DNA of 64,000 bases from Vicinamibacterales bacterium (GCA_035550595.1 DASZOV010000124.1:11135-75134), one strand, 5' to 3'; shown: positions 8,182 to 17,813, numbered from the stretch's first letter. Numbers and translations are program-made. Notes: generated by a model not told the origin, from the sequence alone.

Positions 8182-8251
8182 GAGTGGATGCCTTTCGCCG
8201 GCCGCCACGGCGGCGGTGCGAGGGGCATTCTACGCTGCCGGCCGGTGTCCG

Positions 8252-8524
8252 CTACGGCCGGCCTTGCCGGGCCGTCGCTTCCCCGTCGATCGCCGTCAAC
8301 TGGGCTTCGATATCGCGCAGCGCCCGCTCGAGCATCGCGCGGTAGCGCGGCTCCTGGGCGACGTCGAGATCCTGCAGGATTCGCGCGCGGCACAACTGCG
8401 CGTGCACGCGGCGTGCCTGCCGCTCGCGCTCCGCTGGCAACGCTTCGTCGGGAGCCGGAGAGCCGTCGGCGGCGGAGGCCTCGATCTGGGCTTCGACCGA
8501 CTTGCTGTCCCATCCTCGAGCCAT
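8252..8524 (-). CDS. Small conserved hypothetical protein
   Basis: 90 aa with a coding-like, charged, helical composition. No family recognised. Confidence 0.4.
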   Translation of the reverse strand: MARGWDSKSVEAQIEASAADGSPAPDEALPAERERQARRVHAQLCRARILQDLDVAQEPRYRAMLERALRDIEAQLTAIDGEATARQGRP

Positions 8525-8617
8525 GACGCTTCTCTAGAATACAACCGCCGACGGCCGCCACCGGGCGCGTGGTACCATTGACGGTTATCGGCGCCATCCG
8601 CGCGCCGCGAGGAGTCC

Positions 8618-9763
8618 GTGACCGACGACGAGCCCGGGAACACCAGCGACCAAGCCCGCCTGTTGCGGCGCCAGGTCCTGCAACTCTCTGCCCTCATCCT
8701 CGTCGCCATCGCCGCCTTTTTCGTCACCCGGTCTCTTGCCGCGAGCAACCGCGAGATGCGGCTGGCCGACGGGGCGGCGTGGTACGGCCGAGGCCAGCGC
8801 GATCTGGCCGCCGGAAACGTCAAGGCCGCCGTCGACGCGTTCCGGCGGGCGACCGTCGGCAGCAGGACCGACACGCGCTACGTCCTCGCGCTGGCGCACG
8901 CGCTCGCACTCGACGGGCAGGATGACGCCGCCCGCCGCGTGCTGCTCGGGCTGCGCGAGACCGCTCCGGAGAACATCGATATCAATCTGGCGCTCGCGCG
9001 CCTGGCCGCTCGCGATGGCGACGTGACCACGGCCGCGCGCTATTACCACAACGCGCTCTACGTGCCGTGGCCGGACGACCAGACGGCGACGCGCCGCGCC
9101 GTGCGGTCGGAGCTCGCCGATTTCCTGCTCGCGCACGGTCGCACCGCGCCGGCGCTCTCCGAACTGCTCGTGCTCGCGAGCAATCTGCCGGCCGATCCCG
9201 CGCTGCACCGTGACGTCGCCCGCCGCTTTGCCGCGGCCGGCGACAACCGTCATGCGCTCGACGAGTTCGAACACGCTCTACGCGCGGCCCCTGACGATGA
9301 CGAGTCGCTCGCCGGCGCCGGGCAGGCCGCGTTGGCGCTCGGTGACTACGCCCGTGCGCGCCGTTATCTCGATCGCGCGCCCGACCGCATCGCCGGCGTG
9401 GTCGACGCGCGTCAGCTCGTGACCCATGTCATCGATGACGATCCGTTGGCGGCGCGCATCGGCGGTACAGCGCGCGCGAACCGTCTGCGGACGAATCTCG
9501 CTTACGCGGCCGACCGTCTGCGAGCGTGCCTGGCCACGGGACCGGCGGCGGCCACCGACGCCGACCGCGCGCTCGACGCCGACGCGCGGCAATTCGAGAC
9601 CGCGCATCGCGGCTCGACGGCCGAAAACGAAGACGCCGCCGAGGCCGGCGTCGACCTCGCGTCGCGGATCGTCACGGCCGCGACGAGACTTTGCCCACCG
9701 GCCACGCCGCGCGATCGCGCGCTGGTCCTCATCGCCCAACGTCACGGAGACAGCGACCGGTGA
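8618..9763 (+). CDS. Membrane-anchored TPR-repeat protein
   Basis: One TM segment (LSALILVAIAAFFV) followed by repeated A/L/Y/R-rich TPR-like helices. Confidence 0.65.
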   Translation: MTDDEPGNTSDQARLLRRQVLQLSALILVAIAAFFVTRSLAASNREMRLADGAAWYGRGQRDLAAGNVKAAVDAFRRATVGSRTDTRYVLALAHALALDGQDDAARRVLLGLRETAPENIDINLALARLAARDGDVTTAARYYHNALYVPWPDDQTATRRAVRSELADFLLAHGRTAPALSELLVLASNLPADPALHRDVARRFAAAGDNRHALDEFEHALRAAPDDDESLAGAGQAALALGDYARARRYLDRAPDRIAGVVDARQLVTHVIDDDPLAARIGGTARANRLRTNLAYAADRLRACLATGPAAATDADRALDADARQFETAHRGSTAENEDAAEAGVDLASRIVTAATRLCPPATPRDRALVLIAQRHGDSDR

Positions 9764-11544
9764 CCAATCCTCTGCCGCGCACGCTGCAGCTCCGCCTTCG
9801 CGAACATCAGATCTTCCTCGTCCTCTCAATCGTCATCGGCGTCCTCGCCGGACTCGCCGCGGTCCTGTTCACGGTCGCGATCGACCAGACGAGCCATCGA
9901 CTCTTCGGCCTCACGCCATCGCGTCTGCGACTCTTCCTGATTCCGACGCTCCTCAGCGTGCCCACGGGCGTACTGCTCGCGACGATCTTTCCAGGCGTGC
10001 GCGGCAGCGGCCTCCCCCAGACCAAGGCCGCCTACCGGCTGCAGGGCGGATTCATTCGAGCGCGCGTGCCGTTCGGCAAGTTCCTGACTGGCGTGTTGTC
10101 GATCGGCGCCGGCCATTCGATGGGGCCGGAAGGTCCGTCCGTGCAGATCGGCGCCGGCCTGGCGTCGGTCATCGGACGATGGGTCGGGCTCTCGCCGACG
10201 CGCGCGCGTGACCTCGTGCCGGTCGCCGCGGCGGCCGCGCTGGCGTCCGCGTTCAACACCCCTGTCGCCGCCGTGCTCTTCGCGCTCGAAGAAATCATCG
10301 GCGACCTGAATGCGCCGCTCCTCGGCTCGGCCGTCATCGCGTCGGTCGCCTCGGTCATCGTCGAACGCTCGATCCTCGGCAACGAACCGCTGTTTCACGT
10401 CCCGACGTATCACCTCGTGCATCCCGCCGAGCTGGCGGCCTACGCGGTGCTCGGGGTGATCGGCGGCGTGCTGTCACTCGTGTTCTGCAAGGGACTGCTG
10501 GGTGCACGGCTCCTCTTCCGGCGGCTGCCACGGTGGACGATGTCGTTCCAGCCGGCCATTGGCGGCATGCTCGTGGGCCTGGCCCTCATCGCCGCGCCGG
10601 CGGTCATGGGCGTCGGCTACGAGTACGTCGACCAGGCTCTCAACGGCGGGTTGCTGCTGAAGACGATGGCGCTGCTCTGCGTGATGAAGCTCGTGGCCAC
10701 GATCATCTCGTGCTCGTCGGGCGCGGCCGGCGGGATTTTCGCGCCGAGTCTGTACATCGGCGCCATGGCGGGCGGCGCGGTGGGATTCGTCGTGCACCGG
10801 TTCGCGCCGTTTCCAACCGGCGACCCCGGTGCGTACGCCCTCGTCGGCATGGGGACGGTCTTCGCCGGCATCGTTCGCACGCCGATGACGTCCGTGTTCA
10901 TGATCTTCGAGATCACGCAGGACTATCAGATCCTCGTGCCGCTCATGGTCGCCAACATGCTGAGCTTCCTGATCTCGAAGCGTTACCAGCCGTTGTCGAT
11001 CAACGACGCGATCCTGCAGCAGGACGACGTCCATCTGCCGCCGCCCGCCGCGGATCAGGCTGCGGCGACGAGCGTCACGGCTCGCGCGCTCATGCGGGCC
11101 GATGCCCCGTTGTTCGATCCGGCGATGACGATTGCGGCCGCCGCCGCGCGGTCCGCGCAGGATCGAAGCACCGCGTGCCTGGTCGGCACCGGACGACGTC
11201 TGCTCGGTATGGTGACCGCCGAACATCTGGCGGCGGCGCTGGCGGCGGGCCGCGGTGCCGAGCCGCTCAAAGAGCTCCTCGATCCCGACGCCGACACGTT
11301 CGTCCACGTCCATCCCGACCATCCGGTCGAGACGGTGTTCGATCGCTTCGGACAAAGCGGCGGCGTGCTTCCCGTCGTGAGCCGCACCGACGCGCGCCGC
11401 GTCGAAGGCGTGGTCACACTCGACGATCTGGTCGCGTTCGGTCGACCGAGGCGGCAGGCGCCAAAGCCACATGTCGAGCCGGCGCCGCCCGTCTCGACGT
11501 CGGCGCCGAGCACGCCGGCGTCGTCAATCGACACGCCTTCCTAG
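9760..11544 (+). CDS. ClC family chloride channel / H+-Cl- exchanger with C-terminal CBS pair
   Basis: GSGLPQ, GPEGPSVQIGA and GIFAPSLYIGA selectivity motifs. Start set at GTG 9760 (GTGA overlap with the upstream stop) rather than the ORF-track start at 9526. Confidence 0.88.
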   Translation: MTNPLPRTLQLRLREHQIFLVLSIVIGVLAGLAAVLFTVAIDQTSHRLFGLTPSRLRLFLIPTLLSVPTGVLLATIFPGVRGSGLPQTKAAYRLQGGFIRARVPFGKFLTGVLSIGAGHSMGPEGPSVQIGAGLASVIGRWVGLSPTRARDLVPVAAAAALASAFNTPVAAVLFALEEIIGDLNAPLLGSAVIASVASVIVERSILGNEPLFHVPTYHLVHPAELAAYAVLGVIGGVLSLVFCKGLLGARLLFRRLPRWTMSFQPAIGGMLVGLALIAAPAVMGVGYEYVDQALNGGLLLKTMALLCVMKLVATIISCSSGAAGGIFAPSLYIGAMAGGAVGFVVHRFAPFPTGDPGAYALVGMGTVFAGIVRTPMTSVFMIFEITQDYQILVPLMVANMLSFLISKRYQPLSINDAILQQDDVHLPPPAADQAAATSVTARALMRADAPLFDPAMTIAAAAARSAQDRSTACLVGTGRRLLGMVTAEHLAAALAAGRGAEPLKELLDPDADTFVHVHPDHPVETVFDRFGQSGGVLPVVSRTDARRVEGVVTLDDLVAFGRPRRQAPKPHVEPAPPVSTSAPSTPASSIDTPS

Positions 11545-11553
11545 CCGACCGCG

Positions 11554-12360
11554 TCACTGCGCCGCCGCGCGCGCGAGCCGCAGCGACGCCCAGTATTTGA
11601 GCGGTTCCTGCCGGCCCTCCGAGAACTGTCCCCCGTTGAAACCGCCAGTGCCGACGCCGCCGATCCGGCCACCGAGCGGGCCCATCGGCCGGCCGCCGCG
11701 ACCGCCCATCCGGCCGCGCGGGGTCGGTGACGCGATCGATTCCAACCCGATGCCGATCGTCGCGCCAGGTGCCACGCCCACGGCATACAGGCGATTGGCG
11801 TCCTTTGCGAGCGGCACTTTCAACTCGTAGGTCAACACGCCGCGGTCTTCGATCGCCGCCAGCTCCATGCCGAGCGAGGGATCGAGACGAACGAGATGCC
11901 GCTCCTTCTCGCCAGGACCGTAGACGTCGAACTGCGTGATCGACGTGGCCGGCTCGGGCAGGAGCACGCCTTCGGTGGGTGGCGGCAGCCGGCGCGATCC
12001 GGCGGCGCCAGGTTCAACGACACCAGGAATGCCGATGCCGAACGTCTTCTTCTTGTGATCGGTCGCGTCGAGCCAGACGATGAGGCCCTGCCCGAGCGTC
12101 TGCCGAAGCGTCTGATCGCTCGTTGTCGCGATGACGTAGAGCGCATCGGTATCGTTGGCGACGCCGATGGCCGGACCGTCTTCGATGACGGCGAGCGGCC
12201 CCCATTCGGTGTTCTCGCCGTCGACGTGAATGTCCTGCGTGCGCCATTGGCTCGCGAGCGCGTGATCGGTGGCGTGCAGCGACGAAGCCGTCAGCGCCAC
12301 GGCCACGGCGCTGCAGGCGGTCCAAATCCAGGGACGAAACATGCGCGAAAAGGAAGACAT
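11554..12360 (-). CDS. Secreted hypothetical protein with Gly/Arg-rich C-terminal tail
   Basis: Start at MSSFSRMFRPWIWTACSAVAVALTASSLHA (signal peptide). Tail RGRMGGRGGRPMGPLGGRIGGVGTGGFNGG. Confidence 0.5.
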   Translation of the reverse strand: MSSFSRMFRPWIWTACSAVAVALTASSLHATDHALASQWRTQDIHVDGENTEWGPLAVIEDGPAIGVANDTDALYVIATTSDQTLRQTLGQGLIVWLDATDHKKKTFGIGIPGVVEPGAAGSRRLPPPTEGVLLPEPATSITQFDVYGPGEKERHLVRLDPSLGMELAAIEDRGVLTYELKVPLAKDANRLYAVGVAPGATIGIGLESIASPTPRGRMGGRGGRPMGPLGGRIGGVGTGGFNGGQFSEGRQEPLKYWASLRLARAAAQ

Positions 12361-12423
12361 GAAGACGCTCCGGCAGGCACCCTCCATTAGAGCACCGATG
12401 CCGCGTACGTTTATCCTGAAGGC

Positions 12424-13422
12424 ATGCCCGAGGAGATTCCTGTCCGCGACGCCGATTCAACCGCTGATGCGGCGGCGCTCAACCAGCAGGCGTCGGTTCT
12501 CATGAAGCGCGGGATTGCCTGTCTCGAGGCCGGGACGGCCGCGGCCTGGACCGAGGCGATCCCCTTCTTCGACCGCGCCATCGAGATCCGGCGCGCCCTG
12601 CCGCTCGACCGGAATCCGATGTTCCGCTACGGGCTCGCCGCCGGCTGGATGAACCGGGCCGATGCGTTGACGCGGCTCGGGGGCGCGGAGCATCTCGACG
12701 CCGCCATGGCAGCCTACGACGAAGCGATTGGCGTGCTCGGCGCGTTGAACATCGACGCGTCGCCGCTCTTCCGGCGGCGCCTCGCCATGGCGTGGCAGAA
12801 TCGCGGCCTCACGGCGGAACGACGCGCGAGCCCGGCCGAAGCCGCGCGGTCCTTCGACGCGGCGATTGCCGCGCTCAGCGTCGAGGCGGCGGACACCATC
12901 GACGATCGTGACGTGATCCTCGCCGTCGCCTGGACGAATCGCGCGCGCCTGTACGCCGTGGCCGACGAAACGGCGCATGCGCGGCGAGGCGCCCACACTG
13001 CGATCTCGCTCGTGCGCGACCGCGAGCACGCCGACGAGCTGGCCGCTGAAGCGGGGCTCACCGCCCGTCACGTGTTGTGCCAGGCGCTCGCGCAGGCAAT
13101 CGAGGCACACGAGGGAGAAGCGCCGCCTGACGAGCTGAACGAAGCGACCGATGCCGTCGACGACGGGATGGCGTTGGCGCGGCACTGGGAACGGCGCGGC
13201 GTCGAGCGATTCCGTCCGTTGGCGTTCGATCTCTTCCGATTCGGCGTGCGCGTCTATCATGCGCATCAGCCGCACTTCCTGAACGAGTTCGTGCTCGAAA
13301 ACGTCGACCCGGACGCCTCGTCGGGCGCCTTCGTCGGCAGTCCCGAAATGCGCGCCGCCACGCTCGAATCGCTCTGGCTCTCGTTCCGCGGGCCACGCGC
13401 TGGAGATCGGCGTCAAGAGTGA
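12424..13422 (+). CDS. Hypothetical helical-repeat (TPR-like) protein
   Basis: 332 aa with repeated A/L/R-rich helices. No family recognised. Confidence 0.45.
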   Translation: MPEEIPVRDADSTADAAALNQQASVLMKRGIACLEAGTAAAWTEAIPFFDRAIEIRRALPLDRNPMFRYGLAAGWMNRADALTRLGGAEHLDAAMAAYDEAIGVLGALNIDASPLFRRRLAMAWQNRGLTAERRASPAEAARSFDAAIAALSVEAADTIDDRDVILAVAWTNRARLYAVADETAHARRGAHTAISLVRDREHADELAAEAGLTARHVLCQALAQAIEAHEGEAPPDELNEATDAVDDGMALARHWERRGVERFRPLAFDLFRFGVRVYHAHQPHFLNEFVLENVDPDASSGAFVGSPEMRAATLESLWLSFRGPRAGDRRQE

Positions 13423-13450
13423 AACGCTACGCTGCAGGCACTTCGTCCGT

Positions 13451-13485
13451 CGTTCGAAGTTTGAAGTTCGCAGTTCGAAGTTTGC
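13451..13485. repeat. Tandem heptamer array (GTTYGMA)x5, reverse orientation of the 3481 array
   Basis: gttcgaa gtttgaa gttcgca gttcgaa gtttgca, between convergent genes. Confidence 0.9.
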
Positions 13486-13492
13486 ATACCGC

Positions 13493-14620
13493 CTAATCGT
13501 GCGGCGGCTCGACGTTCACGAGCGGCGGCTTGGCGACCGGCGGTTCGTCGCGCGCCTGGCCTTCGTCGGGTCCAGGCTCGTGTCCGTCAGACGGAAGCGA
13601 GACGGGCTCGCCTCGTCGCGCGGACTCGTACAACGCTTCGACGATGCGCACATCGCGCGCCCCCTCTTCGCCTGACGGCTCGGGCGCACGACCCTGCCGG
13701 ATGCAATCCGCGAAATACAGGATCTCGGCCGCGAATTGATCGCGTCGCCGTCCTTTGCGATGGATGGGCCGTCCGCCGGACGTCAGCGTGTATTCCAGCG
13801 GGTCGACGTACTCATAGGCGGGCTGCATGACGAGGTCGCCTTCGGTGCCGACGACGCGGAAGCTGGACACGTCGGCGGCGGCAAAGCTCGTCGTGAAGGT
13901 CGCGTGACGGCCGTTGTCGAAGACGAGCACGGCCGACGTCATCTCATCGATACCGGGCAATCCGGCGCGGTCGCCCGGCGCTGCGTGCGCGAACACCTGC
14001 AAGGGTTCGCCGTCGAGCGTCGTGCGTGCCGCGTTGATGCAGTAGACGCCGAGGTCGTACAGCGTGCCGCCGCCGAGTTCCGGCCGCGTGCGGATGTTCC
14101 CGGGCTTCACGGTCATCGAGAATGACGACGCGAAGTACTTCACGTCGCCGATGTCGCCAGCGCGGACGCGCGACAACGCTTCGATGGCCAGCGGATCGAA
14201 GTGGAGCCGATATGCCGTCATCAGAAGGACGCCAGCCTGCCGGCACGCATCGATCATCGTGCGCGCATCGTCGGTCGTCGCCGCCAAGGGCTTCTCGCAT
14301 AGAACGTGCACGCCGACCCGCGCAGCGCGTACCGCGTGGCTCGCATGTTCGGAATTGGGTGTCGCGATGTACGCCGCGTCGCACTCGGCGAGGAGCCGTT
14401 CGAGGTCGTCATAGCCGCCACGTGACGGCACGTCGTACCGGTCACCGACGTCGCGCAGTTTTTCGACGTCGCCGCTCACGATCGCCTGAAGGCGCGCTCG
14501 CGGCCCGGCGTGGGCGAACGCCGGCAGGACGGCCACCTGCGCAATGTGCCCCAGCCCGATGACGGCAAACCGTACCGGCTTCGCGCGCGGCGTGCGCGTG
14601 TGTTTCGTTGCCAACGCCAT
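13493..14620 (-). CDS. Gfo/Idh/MocA family oxidoreductase
   Basis: N-terminal Rossmann motif VRFAVIGLGHIAQ and EKPLA motif, 375 aa. Confidence 0.88.
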   Translation of the reverse strand: MALATKHTRTPRAKPVRFAVIGLGHIAQVAVLPAFAHAGPRARLQAIVSGDVEKLRDVGDRYDVPSRGGYDDLERLLAECDAAYIATPNSEHASHAVRAARVGVHVLCEKPLAATTDDARTMIDACRQAGVLLMTAYRLHFDPLAIEALSRVRAGDIGDVKYFASSFSMTVKPGNIRTRPELGGGTLYDLGVYCINAARTTLDGEPLQVFAHAAPGDRAGLPGIDEMTSAVLVFDNGRHATFTTSFAAADVSSFRVVGTEGDLVMQPAYEYVDPLEYTLTSGGRPIHRKGRRRDQFAAEILYFADCIRQGRAPEPSGEEGARDVRIVEALYESARRGEPVSLPSDGHEPGPDEGQARDEPPVAKPPLVNVEPPHD

Positions 14621-14844
14621 GTCCCCTGCCCTGGCCCGACACCAGAGTCGAGCAAGAGCGGTGCCGGCCGTCGAGCCGTCCCACCCGGTACGGGCGAAGG
14701 CTATCGACTCGGCACGCGGCTGCCCGTTTTCATCCTGCCGATGCGCACGATGGGCACGCCGGATCGCCGCTATGGGCGCACTCGCGCCAGGGACAACCGC
14801 CGTTCGTGGAGTTCGTCTTGCAGCACGTGGAGCAGGAGGTCCCT

Positions 14845-15015
14845 ATGAAGCGCGATCCCGTGTGCGGCATGGAAGTCGACGAAGCGCGCGCACCCGCCAA
14901 GGCGACCTACAAGGGCGAGACGTTCTACTTCTGCTCCGACGATTGCCGCGATCAGTTCCTGCGTAACCCCGACGCCTACGTGGCGCCGCCGGCAACGACG
15001 CGGACGACGACATGA
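14845..15015 (+). CDS. YHS/TRASH-domain metal-binding protein
   Basis: MKRDPVCGMEVDE...YKGETFYFCSDDCRDQFLRNPDAY. Internal ATG at 14845 within ORF 14608..15015. Confidence 0.85.
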   Translation: MKRDPVCGMEVDEARAPAKATYKGETFYFCSDDCRDQFLRNPDAYVAPPATTRTTT

Positions 15016-15347
15016 GCCCGAAAGCGCGCCCCCGTCGGCACGCTCGCGCGTCCCGCGCCACGCGCGGGCGCGCGAGCGGCGCGCGCTGGTCGGGCGACGT
15101 CACCGCACACAGCAACGCGCTGACGCTGGAGCCAGGCGTCTTCCGGCACTGGAGTGCCCGCGCCATTGCGGAGTCGCTGAAACGTTCGGCCGAACACAGC
15201 CGCCGTCGCAAGAGCTCACCCTACCGATCGGCGATGTCGATGCTCACCTTCTACATCAACCGCGCGGGCCGCAATCTTCCGGCGTCGCGCCGACGCACCC
15301 TCGTTCGCGCCAAGACCGAATTGCGACACCTGTTCAAACGCGACTGA
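15012..15347 (+). CDS. DUF3175 domain protein
   Basis: SNALTLEPGVF...IAESLKRSAEHSRRRKSSPYRSAMSMLTFYINRAGRNL matches my memory of the DUF3175 core. ATGA overlap with the YHS gene. Confidence 0.75.
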   Translation: MSPKARPRRHARASRATRGRASGARWSGDVTAHSNALTLEPGVFRHWSARAIAESLKRSAEHSRRRKSSPYRSAMSMLTFYINRAGRNLPASRRRTLVRAKTELRHLFKRD

Positions 15348-15367
15348 TACCAAAAACACGTTTTCAC

Positions 15368-15398
15368 AACTTCGAACTTCGAACGGCGAACTTCGAAC
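15368..15398. repeat. TTCGAAC heptamer array, left arm of an inverted pair
   Basis: aacttcgaacttcgaacggcgaacttcgaac. Confidence 0.9.
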
Positions 15399-15480
15399 GA
15401 ATGGGGCGCCTTCGGCGCGTCTTTTTGAATGTGAAACACGCCCCAATCGCGGGCGCCATGCACCGGGCATGCACCGTTTC

Positions 15481-15514
15481 AAGTTCGAACTTCGAAGTTC
15501 AAAGTTCAAAGTTT
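15481..15514. repeat. TTCGAAC/TTCAAAG heptamer array, right arm of an inverted pair
   Basis: aagttcgaacttcgaagttcaaagttcaaagttt is the reverse complement of the left arm with C-to-T changes. It abuts the stop codon at 15514-15516. Confidence 0.9.
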
Positions 15515-16320
15515 CAGTACCCCTCCGCCTTCGCTTCCTCGCCGATCTTCTTGCCGTTGCGCCAGGTGTTCGCGCACAGCGGATGCGTGAAGACGGACGG
15601 ACCGTCGGCTTCGCTGAACTGGATGTCGTCGACGAACTCACCCTTCGGCGGATCGAGGCTCGCGAGATGTCGCACGCGCTTGGCGATCTCGTGATCGGCG
15701 CACGCCGTGTCCCCGCTCACGCCGAGGCCACCGACGCGCGTGTTGTTGCGATAGAGGGGCACGCCACCGCCGAACGTGATGATGCCGCCGCACACCTTCC
15801 CGTTGCTCGCCGAGGCGTCGTCTGGTGACGCGAGACAGTCAGGATTGAACGTGTTCGACGAGGCGAGGCCCCACAGTGAATGCCCTGGCTGCGTGAGCGT
15901 GTAGAGACGCGCCGTCGAGAGCGGCATGGCGTCGGTGCTGAAGGCATTGGCGGTGTACGCCTTGGCTTTCGCAATCGCTTGACTGCCGGGCCAGGCCGCC
16001 GCCGGATCGTCGGTCGCAACCGCCGTCGCGCAGACTTCGCCCTTGCGGTCGACGACGGCCGCCCACTCCATCTTGCCGGAGAACAATCCGCCGGCCTCGC
16101 CGCCTTCGGCCGGAGCGCGCTGCAGCCACGACTTCAGATCCGAGGCGGACGGCAGATCGCCGCACGCAGCATCCGCCGTGCCCGGCCTGGGTTGGCGCGC
16201 CGCTTCGGCGGCCACGCCCGGTTGCGTCGTCGCAGGACTCGGCTGACTCTGCGACGGCGACCCGCAGCCGCACGCGGCGAGCGCGAGCAGTACGACACCA
16301 GCACGTTTCTCCCATTGCAT
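15514..16320 (-). CDS. Lipoprotein with GlcG/HbpS-like (DUF336) heme-binding-type domain
   Basis: Lipobox LLALAACGCGS. Also GSQAIAKAKAYTANAF ... GGLGVSGDTACADHEIA. Confidence 0.7.
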   Translation of the reverse strand: MQWEKRAGVVLLALAACGCGSPSQSQPSPATTQPGVAAEAARQPRPGTADAACGDLPSASDLKSWLQRAPAEGGEAGGLFSGKMEWAAVVDRKGEVCATAVATDDPAAAWPGSQAIAKAKAYTANAFSTDAMPLSTARLYTLTQPGHSLWGLASSNTFNPDCLASPDDASASNGKVCGGIITFGGGVPLYRNNTRVGGLGVSGDTACADHEIAKRVRHLASLDPPKGEFVDDIQFSEADGPSVFTHPLCANTWRNGKKIGEEAKAEGY

Positions 16321-16338
16321 CGTGCGCCTCCCGTCAGT

Positions 16339-17349
16339 TCAGTGCAGGCTCTGCAGATACGCCACGAGCGCGCCGACGTCGTCCGACGACAAGCCGCCGA
16401 TGTCCGGCATCTTCGCGTCGGGCTTCAGCACCTGCGCATGAACGACCCACGCGGCGAGCGTGCCCGCGTTGCGCTCGTAGCTGTTGGCCGCGAGCCCTCG
16501 CCGGCTCGCGAAGTGCGTGAGATCGGGTCCGACGCCGCCGCGCGCCGTCGTGCCACGAATGCTGTGACAGAGCGCGCACTGCGCGGACATGAACACGTCG
16601 CGCCCGCGCGTGGCCGCCGGAGTCGTGGGCGTTCGGGCCTCGGCCCGTTGATTCGCGGCCCACGCCGCGAAGTCGGCCGGCGCATCCGCCATGACGACGA
16701 GCCGCATCTTGCCGTGTTCGGGCCCGCAGTACTCGGCGCACTGTCCCGTGTAGACGCCCGGCTCGGATGCTTGAATGCGGATGTGGTTGACCACACCCGG
16801 AACGAGATCCACTTTGCCGTGCAGTTGCGGAATCCAGAAGGAATGGATGACGTCGGCCGACCGAAGTTCGATCGTGACCGGCGTCGCGGCCGGGACGTGG
16901 ACTTCATTGGCTGTCATGAACGCCGGCCCGGCGTCATCCGCCAGGTACTGCACTTCCCACCACCACTGATGCCCGACGATGCGAATCGACGCGTCGTCTC
17001 CGTGATCCGCCATCGGGAATGCCGCCATCGTGTGCAGCGTGGCGATGAAGACGATGGCGAGCGTGATAGCCGGAATCGCAATCCCGCCGACGTAGATGAA
17101 CGCGCGGCCGTCTTCCGTCTGCCAGGACGCGTGCTCGTCGAACGTGCCGCGACGCCGCAGGCCGACCCAGAAGATGAGCAGCCACATCACGACGCTGACA
17201 ATCGCGAAGCATACGAGCACCCAGAAGCCGAGCTGCGCAATGCGCGCGGCCGCCGGTCCGGCTGGCGACAGCACGTGCGGAGCGGCGCCGGCCGATCGAG
17301 CAATGCCCGCGAGCAGCACGAACAGGAAGAAGAGTGCGACACGCGTCAT
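16339..17349 (-). CDS. coxB: Cytochrome c oxidase subunit II with fused C-terminal cytochrome c domain (caa3-type)
   Basis: CuA motif HSFWIPQLHGK...CAEYCGPEHGKM and heme motif CALCH. Confidence 0.92.
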   Translation of the reverse strand: MTRVALFFLFVLLAGIARSAGAAPHVLSPAGPAAARIAQLGFWVLVCFAIVSVVMWLLIFWVGLRRRGTFDEHASWQTEDGRAFIYVGGIAIPAITLAIVFIATLHTMAAFPMADHGDDASIRIVGHQWWWEVQYLADDAGPAFMTANEVHVPAATPVTIELRSADVIHSFWIPQLHGKVDLVPGVVNHIRIQASEPGVYTGQCAEYCGPEHGKMRLVVMADAPADFAAWAANQRAEARTPTTPAATRGRDVFMSAQCALCHSIRGTTARGGVGPDLTHFASRRGLAANSYERNAGTLAAWVVHAQVLKPDAKMPDIGGLSSDDVGALVAYLQSLH

Positions 17350-17813
17350 GGTTGCGGCCGATTAGGCTCGGCGTTGGTCCGCATCGACTTGATGTAAGTG
17401 ACGAGCTTCCAGATCTGATCGTCGTTGAGACGCATGCCCCACGCGGGCATGCCGTTGGCGCGTCCCTCCGCGATGCTCGAGAACACCTGGCTGTCGGCAT
17501 GGCCGTAGATCCACGTGCCGTCGCGCAGACTCGGGCCCATGCCGCCACCGCCGTGATCGCCGTGACAGCCGGCGCAATTGAACTGGTTGAAGAGTGTGCG
17601 GCCGTCGGCGAGCGCGGCCGGATTGCCGTCGAACGGACTGCCCGGCTGATTGACCGTCTTGATGGGACCCGGGATCGGACCGACGGCCGTTCGGCCGGGC
17701 GGAATGGCCGAGGCGAGCGGGGTTCCCATTCCGGCGGCCGGTGCGGTCCGGCTGCAGCCGGCCAGCGCGAGGATGACACCGACGACTGCGAGCACGCGCG
17801 TGGTCTTCCTCAC
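17346..17813 (-). CDS. Lipoprotein mono-heme cytochrome c, candidate XoxG-like electron acceptor
   Basis: Lipobox LALAGCS and heme motif CAGCHG. ATGA overlaps on both sides. Confidence 0.8.
   Translation of the reverse strand: MRKTTRVLAVVGVILALAGCSRTAPAAGMGTPLASAIPPGRTAVGPIPGPIKTVNQPGSPFDGNPAALADGRTLFNQFNCAGCHGDHGGGGMGPSLRDGTWIYGHADSQVFSSIAEGRANGMPAWGMRLNDDQIWKLVTYIKSMRTNAEPNRPQP

Noticed and set aside
8252-8524. The small ORF next to the tautomerase gene as a toxin-antitoxin pair.
   Set aside because: There are 70 nt between the two genes and no overlap. Neither protein shows a recognisable toxin or antitoxin motif. The tautomerase fold assignment explains one of them.
13451-13485. GTTCGAA units resemble the tRNA T-loop (GGTTCGAATCC), so I considered tRNA genes or tRNA-derived elements. 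This also applies to 3481, 15368-15514 and 7097.
   Set aside because: No acceptor, D or anticodon arms can be drawn around any copy, and the units are simple tandem heptamers. I found no convincing tRNA anywhere in the window, but this was a by-eye check, not a tRNAscan run.
14621-14844. A 224-nt unannotated leader upstream of the YHS-domain gene as a possible metal riboswitch or sRNA.
   Set aside because: There is only a loose hairpin (acgggc...gcccgt followed by tttt). I recognised no conserved riboswitch core. It is more likely just a divergent promoter region shared with the Gfo/Idh/MocA gene.
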